DNA from: Podarcis bocagei
Taxonomy: Eukaryota
Assembly: GCA_964188305.1 (NCBI GenBank)
Contig: OZ076900.1
DNA: 64,000 bases
Strand: one strand, 5' to 3'
Shown here: positions 11,961 to 23,870 of the stretch, piece after piece
Layout: every line of letters starts with the position of its first letter
Position numbering within the stretch: position 1 is the first letter of the stretch
Notes under the pieces: model-generated
Databases searched by the model: none
What the model was told of the DNA's origin: nothing
The model's input: the letters and a program-made list of their open reading frames with translations, nothing else
Made by a program: the position numbers and the translations under genes

Positions 11961-13389
11961 TACTAACTGTCAGCCTGTTCTCAGCCACTCCCTGCCTGCT
12001 TTTTACTTGCAATCATTCCAAGGGTGGTGGGGGCTCCGGCTGCCAGCTTCCTTTGCCTTAGTATTGTCCCTTGTAGAATATCATGAGCCCCAAGCACCAC
12101 CCACAGAGGAGAGCCTCTCTCGCAGTTCTGCATGAGTCACTGGTCTGGCCTAGGCTGCTTTCTGTAGGGAGGGACATGTTCAGATGTGAAGAGCCGGGCC
12201 ATGGTGGCTGGTGCTTATTCAGAACGATCATGCGGAAGGCAGGGTGGCCAACAGGCAGAGCCGACTAATTCAAGTTTTCTTCTCCATCCTTCTCCAGCCT
12301 GCCCTTTCCTTCCTTACTTATATCCAGTCCAAGGAGTAGTCCTGCCTGTCCGCTTCTTATTCCTTCACTTCAGTGTTGCCCCTTGTTGACATGGCTCTGC
12401 CTACTCATGGACTCCTTGCCTTCTGTGCTCCTACTCCCAGAGCGCACCAGCCGCTGCTGGATAGCACGCACATCCTGGTACTAAATCTACATAACCCCAG
12501 GATAACCACTATCAAAGGCTTTTGCCACAGCTAAGCACTGCCACCTTTTACCGCGGCAAATGGTTTGACTGCAATCTCCATGCTTTCAGTTTGTTTGGGC
12601 TTTCTTTGGGAACAGAGCATAGCCACATGGCTAGTAGCCCATGGATAGGCTTCTCCTCCATGTATTTGTCTAATCCTCTTCTAAAGCCGTCTAAGACTGG
12701 ATTTCAGAAACAGCGAATTAGCTAAGTTCCTCCTGTAAATAAAACCAGAATCGAATTTCTTCTGCATACTTGCCTGCAAGTTGATGGGTCACTGTATGAT
12801 GGGAAACCAGCAACATATCGGAAGGCTTACCTGAGCTGCTTTTGTTTACTTTTATTTTACACAAATGTAAAATGTTGATAGGCTAAGATCAGATACACAC
12901 AGCACATAGTTCAAGATGGAACTTCCTCCTGCTGGAAGCAGTGATGGCCACCAACCTAGATGGCTTTAAAAGAGGATTAGGCAAAGTCATGGGGGAGAGG
13001 GCTATAAAGGGCTACTAACCACGAGTCAGCAATGCTTCTGAATACCAGTTGCTGGGAACCACACGAGGGGAGAGGGCTTTTGTGCTTGGGTCCTGCTTTC
13101 AGGTTTCCCACAGGCATCTAGTTAGCCACTGTGAGAACAGGATGCTGGACTAGATGGGCCATTGGCCAGATCCAGTTCTTAAGCCACCAAAAGGGCTGAA
13201 AAGCAGGGTAGAGACATTAAACTGATTCCTTATCCACGTAACCAGAATTATTTTTCCCTCCAGCGAGAATTTTAGGGACTTCCTCTTGCTGCTTCTCTCT
13301 CATTGCTTTCCAGCATGTTTTGATGTCTCTGTAGCGAAGTGGGGTGGGTGAAGAAGGCTAGGAAATGACTCAATCTGTTTGTAAAGAAG

Positions 13390-13395
13390 TTTATT
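13390..13395 (-). terminator. Candidate distal polyadenylation signal (AATAAA) of BARHL1
   Basis: TTTATT on the plus strand at the end of the UTR-like block. Confidence 0.5.
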
Positions 13396-13716
13396 TCCAC
13401 ATTTAAAAAAAGAGAGATGGAGAGGGAAAGAGAGCGAAAGCAAGAGAGGAAGCTTTCCCCTCCCCCTGATCTCTTCTAAAGCAAGAATCCTCCTTTTCTT
13501 CTTCCTCATTACAAAGTCCGGAAAAGAGAATCCTACAGATATACAGACTTACGAGACTCACTTACACAAATACGCCCTCTGGGTTCACCAATAAATAATT
13601 CATATACATTTGTGCACCAAAGTTATTTACAAAAAGGAAAAAAAATTAAAGTTACATACTTTTTGAAAATTCTTGGTCTAGCATAAAAGGAGTCCTCTTG
13701 TGCTACAGGGAGATAA

Positions 13717-13847
13717 NNNNNNNNNNNNNNNNNNNNNNNNNNNNNNNNNNNNNNNNNNNNNNNNNNNNNNNNNNNNNNNNNNNNNNNNNNNNNNNNNNNN
13801 NNNNNNNNNNNNNNNNNNNNNNNNNNNNNNNNNNNNNNNNNNNNNNN
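13717..13847. other. Assembly gap (131 N)
   Basis: Run of n. Confidence 1.
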
Positions 13848-13885
13848 TTTCTGTACCTCGAGCCAGGCTGGTGGTCCGCCAGCAA

Positions 13886-13907
13886 CTAATTTCCAAAATT
13901 GGAAGGC
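13886..13907 (-). CDS. BARHL1: Putative alternative BARHL1 terminal exon, coding part (completes Arg, then PSNFGN*)
   Basis: Acceptor ttacttctgttttag|G at 13908/13907. Joined to the donor inside the exon 3 stop codon (CG|GTGAGG, 17311/17310) it reads CGG CCT TCC AAT TTT GGA AAT TAG in frame. Confidence 0.55.
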
Positions 13908-14723
13908 CTAAAACAGAAGTAATGCCTGCTGGGTTTAGTGGGGCTTACTCATAGGTAAGTTTGCAAGCCTAGTCTCATCTGCTGAAATCAAATTGGATTC
14001 TGTTATTTTAACCCATTCAACGTGCCTATTGTTTATTTTTTTTCAAAAATAATAATAATTAAATTTTACCTGTTGTAACTGTTCTCTCTGTTTTATATAC
14101 ACTATAAAATGAATGGTTTTTTTTTTAAATCTTTACACAAACTTCCCAAAATTGGGCTGGTAAGTGTTTCACATACCAGGAATACAGAAATACTAAGTCA
14201 GACCATTGGTCTTCTTAGCTCAGTAATGTCTACACTGACTGGCAGGGTTTCAAAGAGAAGACATTTGCATTCCTACATGGCTATGCTGTTGAAGGATTAA
14301 ACCTGGGACCTTCTGCATACAGTACCACTGAGCCAGGTCTCATCTCTATTTAAATATATATTTCTTAAATGATTTTAAGAATCAAAAGAAGTAAAACACA
14401 GATATATAGAGTTGTATAAAACCAAGAGAAGGCCAACTGAAATGATGTAAACCACTTAGAGGTGTTGGTGATTAAATTGTATGTTAATCCTGCTGCACAG
14501 AATAGAGTAAGTTGAAACAAATGGACCTGGGTTCACTAAGTTAATGGACCTAGTGTGCACTGATTTCAGTGTGTCTGCTCTGAGTGTAACTTAATCTCTC
14601 TCCCCTTTACGAGCTCACTCTATCCCTTTTCCTGCAGTGAGAGAAAAGGACGAGTCAGCATGTAACGAGATGAGCGGAGGACATTTTCTTGGTGTGGCTG
14701 GACTGGGTAGGAGAGCAAACTGT

Positions 14724-14768
<45 letters not shown>

Positions 14769-15275
14769 TAAATAGCCATCAATAACCCAGATCAGATATG
14801 TCTGCTGCTGGTTTTGTGGCTGGGGCGGCAGGGCTGCCAAGGTGTGAAAAATTCTCTTGTCTTGCCTCTGAGGACACCTCCCAAACAATTTGCTTATTGG
14901 TGTGGATGTGACCTCAGTCTCAAAGTGGTAGAGGGGCTGGGGTATGTTAGAGTGCCATGAAGAATATCATATATATTAAGTAACTGAAAAGCCAAACTTA
15001 TTGAGGAGGTTGCCTATGGTATGTCTGCATCAATTACTGCCCTGGGCTTAGCCCCTCTTGAACAGGAAACACATTCCAGGAAATGACAGGCAGAAGGCTG
15101 GGCTGCTCTGCAGGTGGACGTATGTAAAGCATGTTTTTCCTCAAAAGAATCCTGAGAGCTGTAGTTTGTTATGGGGTACTGGGAATTGTAGCCCTGTGAG
15201 GGAACTACATTTCCCAGGATTCTTTGGGGGAAGCTGCCTGCTTGACTCTATTCACTCCATCTGAAAACAAAGGAG

Positions 15276-15318
<43 letters not shown>

Positions 15319-16208
15319 ATTATTATTAAAAGCTGCTTAACTTTGCCAGACCATGCAAAGGAAATCAAGTAATGCTGCAATAGTACGGAAGGGCCCTGTC
15401 AATGTGTTATGTGTGCGTGTGAGATGGTGGGCTGCATGTGTCCATGAAGCCATGTGTGTAAAGGGTGTTTGGGCCAGTATGCAGAGCAAGGGTCAGGCTC
15501 TTCACATGCGGCCCTCCAGACCTGTCTATGTGGCCCTCGAAATTCTCCCCAGGCCATGCCCTTCACAGGCCTGGCTCTGCACCTTTCTTAGATGCTTTTA
15601 CCTGGCTGGAATGAGTCCCTGAACTCTTGCTTACCTGGCTGGAGTACAGATGTCCACATGTGCGTAGAAACCTCTGGGGTTTGCAGCACCCCTGTGGTAC
15701 AAAGGTGAGGGCCCCTGGCCCTGCCCATCACTGCCATGCGTCCCCCAGAAGGTTGCTTATGAGGACAAGTGGCCCTCAGCTGGAAAAAAAAAAGTTTATT
15801 AGGAAAGGGGGTGCTATCAAACAGGTGGGGGAGAGAATATAAGTCCATCTTTGCCCACTTAGAAGGGTGCTGAATGCTCCGCTGCGATATCAAATCGGGA
15901 GAAGTTCTCCCTGCAATCTGGGGGAGGGGGAACTGCATCTGCTGAATACCTGTTGTACCTATTTAAAAAACTGAAGGAATTCTGGGAAGGGGTGGGGAGG
16001 TTGGCAACTTTGAAGCTCCTTCAACTTCAGGAGAGAGGGAGGGATGACCCTCCTTGTTCTGCTGGAAAGGACTGTGTCAGGCCCAAGCCCAGGCATAAAC
16101 GCTTGTGCACATGGGTAAACAGAGTTTATGAAAGGCAATGGGTCTGAAGAGCAGGAAACCCCATGCAAACAAGAGGCAGCATGGGAGACACCGTCTTTGT
16201 AGGGGTTT

Positions 16209-16214
16209 TTTATT
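16209..16214 (-). terminator. Candidate proximal polyadenylation signal (AATAAA) of BARHL1, giving a 3'UTR of about 1.1 kb
   Basis: TTTATT on the plus strand following an A/U-rich UTR-like block (16215-16330) downstream of the exon 3 stop. Confidence 0.45.
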
Positions 16215-16379
16215 ATTATTTTCACAGGGCCCATCCTACTTCTGTTGCTGTAATCTGATTTAACTGTTTCAAAACTTTTTTTCCCTATTTGAAAAAAAAT
16301 TATTGATAATATTTTGTCTATTTGCTGCTGCTCGGCTTGTAGAGGGAACAAAGCACCGTCCCATAGGTCGTGTGAAGGA

Positions 16380-17620
16380 GGCAGAGGCGTACTTAGGGGT
16401 CAGCCAAGTTGGCCCCCGCCAAGGGAGCAGGCCGTGGGGCGGAGGCGCGAAAATAGTGCCCCTCTCTCGGCGCGGCGTGGAGGCATGGGCTGTCGCAGCA
16501 GCCCTGCAGAGCCCCCTCCCCAGAGAGCCGGCAGTGCTGCCGGTTAGTTCGTGCAGCGGAGCTCCCCGTGAGGACGCCGACGACGCCAAACGTCAGGCGA
16601 GGCTCTTAATTTTGCAAAGACGAGTCACTTTCCCCTGGTTTCCTTCCCGCTTTGACCAATTTCCAGCCCGCGCCGCTGCATGTTTACCCCAGAGAGCAAG
16701 GGCCATCGACGGGGCTTAGTTCCGAGTAAAGTGTGTACTTAGGGCGCAACCTCCAAGTGGTGCCATAAGAAACAAAAAGGCAAGCGAGGTATTGTCAGAA
16801 GTTGCTTGCTACCTTTAGGCTGCAGGCCGGTGTACCCACTTTCCTGGGAGTAAGCCCCATTGAACTCGGTGGGATTTACTTTTGATTAGACGTTGATAGG
16901 ATTGGGCTGTTAAACGCCCAGTTTAAGAGTAATTTGTGACGATTGAATTAGGCCAATTAAAAAAAAAATATTTTTTGCTGGAGATGCGGGGGGGAGGGAG
17001 GGGGCGCGCCGATACCGCTCCTTGCCAAGGGCGCAAGGGAGCCTAGGTACGCCTCTGGAAGGAAGCACTAAAACGCGTGCATCGTGGTATATCCCCCAAA
17101 TAGGATCTGATTTTCCCTCCCGTTTTCAAGAGTCAAACTGGACCAAATTTGTTCGCTTGCATGTGTGGTTGATGGTGCGTGTGCGTGCGTGCGTGCGTGT
17201 GTGTTTGAGCAAAGCAACGCCCGTTCAAAAGAGGGATTTCCCACCCACCCCCCGGCGTTCCCACGTTGTCTCTTCCAGAAGCTGCGCCCGGTCCCTCCTC
17301 CTCGCCTCACCGCGGCTGAGCCGCCCGGGGAAGGACTCCGGCCAGGGGGGGCAAGGGCGGCGGGGGCTCGCTGCCCCCTTGAAGTCCGTGGATGAGGATC
17401 CGGGGGACCAGCGGCCTCTGCAGGGCCGGCGGCGGGGCGCTGGGCCCGCGGTAGAGATAGAGGGCAGCGCCCGGATCCAGGTTGGACACCAGACTCTGCG
17501 GGTAGAAATAAGGCGACGGGAACATCCTCTGCAGCGCCGAGTAGTTCCCGGCTTCGGCCAGCAGCTCCAGGCCCACCGCGGTCTGCCTTTTCCATTTGGT
17601 CCTGGGGTAAGGGGAAAAAA
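16380..17620. promoter_or_regulatory. CpG island over BARHL1 exon 3 and the proximal 3'UTR
   Basis: High GC and CpG density compared with the CpG-depleted flanks. Confidence 0.7.
17307..17601 (-). CDS. BARHL1: BARHL1 coding exon 3 (end of homeodomain and C-terminus to TGA)
   Basis: Acceptor ttaccccag|G at 17602/17601. Reads (R)TKWKRQTAVGLELLAEAGNYSALQRMFPSPYFYPQSLVSNLDPGAALYLYRGPSAPPPALQRPLVPRILIHGLQGGSEPPPPLPPLAGVLPRAAQPR*. Exon lengths 463+223+295=981 nt give 326 aa plus stop, and the phases are consistent. Confidence 0.98.
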
Positions 17621-18446
17621 AGTTTCGGGGGTCAAGACACTTGGATCACTTTTATTGACCGTTTTAAGAAAATCCATCTCATGTGTCTGCGTTTGACAAA
17701 GGGATTGCTCTCTTTGGGGCGGGAGTTCCACACGTGCACTCGCATAGTCTCTGCACCTGTGTGTACAGCTGCACGTGGCAACGGACCCTCTTGGAAAGGT
17801 TGGTTTTTTTAAGTGTTATTAATCATCATACTTAATGATAATACCATTTTTTTATTTGTTCCCATACCAGACTGTATTACAAAAGTAATACTGTTTAAAG
17901 AATAAATATAAATTAACACGCCCCCTTTTCATGATTCAGAGTATATTTCTTTAAAGCACAATATATTCTACAAATAGGATTAAGACTCTTGCATTTAGCA
18001 TGATATTCAACCTGCAAGGGCTATTTGCTTCACTAACTTTCAAGAATAGAAGAACAGAATCTCGCTGAATGGACCAAACCTTGTTGGCTGATTGCATCAG
18101 GGGGAAACAAAACAAAAACCATTGTGTTCTAAGTGGTCATCAGAGCATCTGCCTGGGATGTTAGATCTGTGGTGGCGGATTCACACGTTCAAGTCACCAC
18201 CTGATGAACAGGCAACTGAGGATCTGCTCAGCATGTGGGGATTAAGCAGGGATTAAAAGACCCAGCACAGAGGAGAAGCATAATTTAGGAGGACAAAATC
18301 ATACTCATGTTCACATTAACTGAAAGAATTGTAACAGGCTGCTTACTTGCACATATGAAGTGTTAATCACAGATCTGACACCACAACTTTCCTATTGTGC
18401 TGCTTCTCCTCCAAGTAAATCTGAGGCACTCAAATTTGGCGGCCAC

Positions 18447-19960
18447 ACATAGAATCATAGAGTTAGAAGGCACCCCAAGTATCATCTAGTCCACCCCCCT
18501 GCAATGCAGGAATCTCAACTAAAGCATCCATGACAGATGACCATTCAATCTCTGCTTAAAAACCTCCAATGAAGGAGAGCCCATCACCTCCAGAGGAAGT
18601 CTGTTCCACTGTCAAACAGCTCTTACTGTCAGAAAGTTATTCCTGATGTTTAGTTAGAATCACCTCCCAGTCTCCTTTTTTCCAGGCTAAACATACCCAG
18701 CTCCTTCAACCATTCCTCATAAGGCTTGGTTTCTAGACCCTTGAGCATCCTAGTTGCCCTCCTCTGCACACGATGTAGCCTAGAATAGCATTAGCTTTTT
18801 TTGCTGCTGCATCACACTATTGACTCATGTTAAGCTTGTGTTCTACTAAGACCCCAAGATCCTTTCCACATGTACTACCAGCAGGGCAGGTGTCCCCCAT
18901 CTTATATTTGTGCAACTGGTTATTCCTGCCTAAGTGTAGAACCTCACATTTGTCCCTACTGAAAATAATTTTATTAGTTTGGGCACAGTTCTCCAATCTG
19001 TTAAGGTCATCTTGAATCCCAATTCTGTCTTCCGTGGCATTAGCTACCCCTCCCCGTTTGGTGTCATCTGTAAATTGGATGAGCATCCCCCTTACTTCCT
19101 TCACCCAAGTCATTTATAAAGATGCTAAACAACAACAGGACCAGGACAGAACTCTGTGGCACCCCACTTGTCACTTTTTTACAGGATGACAGGAACCATT
19201 AGTGAGCACTCCTTGGGTTTAGTCAGTCAACCAGCTACAAATCTACCTCACAGTTACCTCATCCAGCCCACATTTTACCAGCTTTCTGCAAGAATATAAT
19301 GGGGGACCTCGTCAAAAGCCTTATTGAAAACAAGATACCGTACATCCACAGCATTCCCCTGATCCACCAAGCTTGTAGGTCTACTAAAAAGACAGAGATT
19401 TGTCTGGCATTACTTGTTTTTGAGAAGCCCATACTGGACCTTAATATCCACAGCATCCTTTTCTAAGTGCTCACAGACCAACTTTATAATTATCTGTTCT
19501 AGGACCTTTCCTGGTATCGTTGTCAAGCACACCAGTTGGTCGTTACCTGGGTCTTCTTTTTTCCCTTTTTTGAAGATGAGAACAACATTTGCCTGCCTCC
19601 AGTCTTCAGGGACCTCACCTGTTCTCCAAGAATTCTCAAAAGATTATAAACAGAGGCTCTGAGATTACATCAGCAAGCTCCTTTAGTACCCTTGGGTGCA
19701 GCTCATCAGGCCCTGGAGATTTGAATTCATTTAGAGCAACTCAGTGTTCCCATACCACCTCTGTTCCTATCTTGGGCTGCAGCTTCCTTCTTGCATTGTT
19801 TATTCGGTTATCACCAGGTTGGGCACTCCTTTCCTTTTGGGTGAAGACAGAGGCAAGGTAGGTGCTGAGCAGTCCCACCTTTTCTCTCTTACCCAACAGC
19901 ATTTCTCTGTCTTCTCCATGCAGAGGACCTACTACTTCCTTGTTTTTCCTCTTGCTTCGA
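18447..19960 (-). mobile_element. CR1 LINE 3' portion (RT remnant and tail) in BARHL1 intron 2
   Basis: ORF 18817..19113 (LIQFTDDTKRGGVAN..IQDDLNRLE..KCEVLHLGRNN..KDLGVLVEHKLNMSQ) is CR1 RT-like; (ATTCTATG)-type tail at 18447-18460. Confidence 0.9.
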
Positions 19961-22094
19961 ACATAGCCATGTGAGCAATGCAATATGGACGAGCGTTTGT
20001 GACTCAAAGAAGCAAACCAACACATTCAGTTTGCAGAGGATCAAGTAGTCAGAAATCAAACAAGATGTAGGCGCAACATCTGTACAATGTTCAACCTTGG
20101 CCACAACACACTACTAGGAACAAAGGAACATAGTAAGCTGGTTTATGTTGAGTCAGATCATTGGCCCATCTAACTTTGTATTGTCTACACTGATTGGCAT
20201 CTGCTCTACAGGGCTGCAAACAAGGGAAGCTTTCCCACCTCTACCTGGAGATGCTGTTGGAGATTGACCCTGCAACCTGGTTTATATAGAGCAGGTATTC
20301 CACTATTGAGCTTCAGGGGCCCTTCCCCAAAGGCCATAGTGGAGAACGTGTGGCCCTCCAGATGTCTCTGGATTACAACTCTCATCATAAGAAGAGCCTG
20401 CTTGATCAGGCTCCAGCATCCAGTTCTTACAGGGACCCTCTAGAAACCTGGAGGCAAGACATGAGCACAAGAGCCCCCTCCCCTCCTATAGTTTCCAGCA
20501 ACAGATTCAGAAGCATTTCTGCTGTTGACTGTGGAGGAAGATGGTAACAATTGTGACTAGTCGCCCTCTGTCTAATCCTCTTTCAAAGCCATCCTAGTTG
20601 CTGGCCATCACTGCCTCTTATTCTATAGTTATGTGTGAAGAAGGGCTTTCTGGTATCTGTCCTCGGTCTTTCAACATTCAGCTTCATTGAATGTCCACAA
20701 GTTCTAGTCTTATGCGTAATTTTATAAATGTCTATCATATCACCTCTTACTCTCCTTGTCTCTAAACTATCCTTTATTTGCCCTGAATATTCCAACATTC
20801 CGCTTCAATCATCATCATGGTCATCAGCATCATCCTTAAGCCTTGGTCATGCTGGCCGAGGCTGATGGGAGTCAGAAATCTGCTGCATTAGGAAGTCCAC
20901 GTAGGTCCCCCTTCCACGCTGTAAAAGAGTGCCGGCCTTCCAATTAAAAGATCTCCACTATCTGACACTGAAGCAGCCCAAAGCACAATCAATGCAACCA
21001 GCATCAACAGGGCCACATTCTTACTTGTGAGGAGCAGCTAATACCAATTGAAAACTTCCCTTCAGGAGTAGACTGCGCTCCATAGCCTCTGCTGTAAAGG
21101 CTGCCTCTGCCCGATAAAAGCCTACACATTACCTTTGAGAAGTTCAATCTTAAGTCTGGGGAAGTGAGGCATAAACAGACAAGTGTAAGTGACTTCCTTG
21201 TCTGTGTAGGACATGACAGGAGGTGCCATGTCAACCGAGGATTGTCATCAATGTAACATGAGCCTTGTGGCTCCACACACAAGGATTTGCCGTTGAACAT
21301 AATGATCGCAAATTGTTGTTATTTTTATTACGTACTGGCAGGTGCTTGCGTGATGCACACATTCAGTGTAGCTGCAAAGGAGGTTGATCTGTTAGGGCAG
21401 ATGGGACATTGCCCTGCTTACCTCCCTCTGCCCCCACCTGCCTGCCTTCTGGCTTACGCCCAGCCCAGGGGGTTGCCCTGGCTGCCAGCTTCTTAGTCTC
21501 AGATTTGCCCCTTTTAGAATTGACAGTGAGTTGACAATGGCAGAGTGCATGGAGAAAGGCTTTGTATATTACATATTGGGCCCCCAGCTTGATTTCCAAA
21601 GCTTCCTGCAAGCTGTCACTCAGAATTCTGACAGGAAGGAAGAGATGGGCAGAAAGAGAAATGGGCTGGCAGAGAGGGGAAAGGGGTATCCTCTCCCACT
21701 TTTGCCTCTGGTCCCAACCACTGCTGCCTTCAGCCCCACCCACTTAAGCAACCAATAGCTGTGGACAGGATCCAGGCAAAGGGAAACTCTTAAAATACTT
21801 CTGATTTCAGTAGGAAATAATCCATCCTCAAATGTGCCAGTATGGTATACCCTCGAGTACCCCCAGAAAAAAGTACTGCTTTTGGGTAATTGTGCCTGAG
21901 TCTGCAGCTTTCAGACCCATTGCTTTTAGTTTTGGAACCATGCAACTTGCATGTTTACTCAGAAGTAAGCCCTACTGAGTTCTAAGCATATGTAGGAGAT
22001 TTCAGCCTTAAGCATAGACTTAAGTCTTCCCTTAAAAAACAACTTTTTTAAAATTGGGGCAAGATCACACACTGGGAGCTTTCAGATCCATATA

Positions 22095-22336
22095 CAGTGG
22101 TACCTTGGGTTAAGTATTTAATTCGTTCTGGAGGTCCGTTCTTAACCTGAAGCTGTTCTTAACCTGAAGCACCACTTTAGCTAATGGGGCTTCCCGCTGC
22201 TGCCGCGCCACCGGAGCACGATTTCTGTTCTCATCCTGAAGCAAAGTTATTAACCTGAGGTACTATTTCTGGGTTAGCGGAGTCTGTAACCTGAAGCGTA
22301 TGTAACCTGAAGCGTATGTAACCCGAGGTACCACTG
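22095..22336. mobile_element. Tc1/mariner (Tigger-like) MITE in BARHL1 intron 2
   Basis: TA|CAGTGGTACCTTGGGTTA...TAACCCGAGGTACCACTG|TA. Confidence 0.85.
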
Positions 22337-23089
22337 TAGTTATAATCCTATGTATCCATGGAATGAGAGAATCAGTCCATTTCACTAGTTGTAAAAGCCT
22401 GTCCCAAGCATTCTATCACGTTCTACTGTGACCAAGAGACAGAGCTTGAATAGACATTTTCCTGAAGAGAAGCCCTGTTAAGTCTTTGGCAGCAAAAGCA
22501 ACTAAAGCCAGTTGTCTGGTTGTCTGTCTATCTGTAGAACATCTGCTCTGCATGTAGAAGGTTCCAGGTTCAATCCCCAGAAACATCTCCAGTTAGGGCT
22601 GGGAATGTTTCCTGCTTGAAATCCTAGAAAGCGGCTGTCAATCTGTGTAGATAGTACTGGGCTAGATGAGCCAATGGTCTGATTTGGTAGAAGGAAGCTT
22701 CCTATGCTCCTTTATGAAACAGCCACATACTCAGAATGTTAAAGATATGCCACACTTTGGACTGCAATGGAACGCATATTCACCTGGAGGTATGTTTCAT
22801 TGAACTTAATGGCATTTACTCCTGAGTAAACTTTGCACAAGCAACAGTACTTCTGAAGAGTTGTGTGGGTTTTTCAAGTGTTCATAATACTTCAGAAAGA
22901 GATGGAGAACAGCATTTACAAGAGCTCTGAAATTCAAGTTCGGAATTTTAAAATAAACATATCATTTCTCCAAGAGAATCGCAGCAAAGCTCCTATTTTT
23001 GAATGTGTATTATCTGCATGGGTTACTGATGCCCTTCCAACATTCTTCCTAGATCATAACATGGGATCAAAAATGGCTTTATAGGCACA

Positions 23090-23870
23090 AATGGAGTGCG
23101 CTTCCAGGGGTGAAGTCAAACTTCTGAAGAATCACAGTACTTGCTGTGGCATGCAAAGAGTGGTAGCTCATAACTGCTGCCTCCCAAATTGTTTTTGCTG
23201 CGATAACAACACCAAAGTGACCTCTCCTAGGCACACACCCAGGCAGGGTGTATAGAAGTCCTGGGCGACCAAGAGAAAAAGACTTCCTATTAGCTTCACT
23301 GATGTGGTCCAAAGAAAAACAGAACAATGCACCACCAGCTTGGCTGCAGGAGTTGCCAAAAGGAGGTGGACAAGACACCATCCAACCATCTTAGGGACTC
23401 CAGATTTGTTTAGGGTTTACTCCTTAGCCTTTTCTTCTCTTGAGAAAATGTTCCACAAGGCAGGGGCATGGATTTCCCTCCAGGGTTTACTCCTGAAGCC
23501 TTTCTCATGAATGAGTGTAGCCTCTTAGGATCAGAGTTTACCGGTCTACTTCTGCTAGATGGGCTACCTTCTCAGGTTGACAAGCCCCATCTGGCTCTCA
23601 CTTCCCTCTACAGCTTGTGTAGAAACTGCCTTCTTGACCATTGGCCCCACTATTGGCCTTGTCAGCTCTATCCACCAGAGACTGTCTTCATGTGCAGGGG
23701 AAGTCCCTAACGCACCAAAGATTTGAGACCTTTGGCTACCCTCACCTGGTTCAGCCAGCCAGTCAAATATGTACCTGGGGTGCAGCCACTGTTGCTTGCT
23801 GACAGCATCTAGAAGCCACAGGTGAAAACTGAGTGCAGGGTGGGGACTAAAGGTGGACTACCCCAGAAGG
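23090..23870 (-). mobile_element. Possible RTE-clade LINE 5' region fragment
   Basis: Motif cttctgctagatgggctaccttctcaggttgacaagcccc resembles recalled RTE 5'UTRs; weak. Confidence 0.35.

Larger units (their letters stand above)
13370..13885 (-). other. BARHL1: Putative distal 3'UTR of BARHL1 (contains an assembly gap)
   Basis: Non-repetitive, U-rich on the minus strand. Contains UGUAAAUA (13631-13624), UUAUUUAUU (13598-13590) and AAUAAA (13395-13390). The 3' end is approximate. Confidence 0.5.

Noticed and set aside
17022-17731. Long overlapping ORFs around exon 3 (224 aa plus; 175 and 168 aa minus)
   Set aside because: Antisense or off-frame shadows of the GC-rich BARHL1 exon, with no independent protein similarity.
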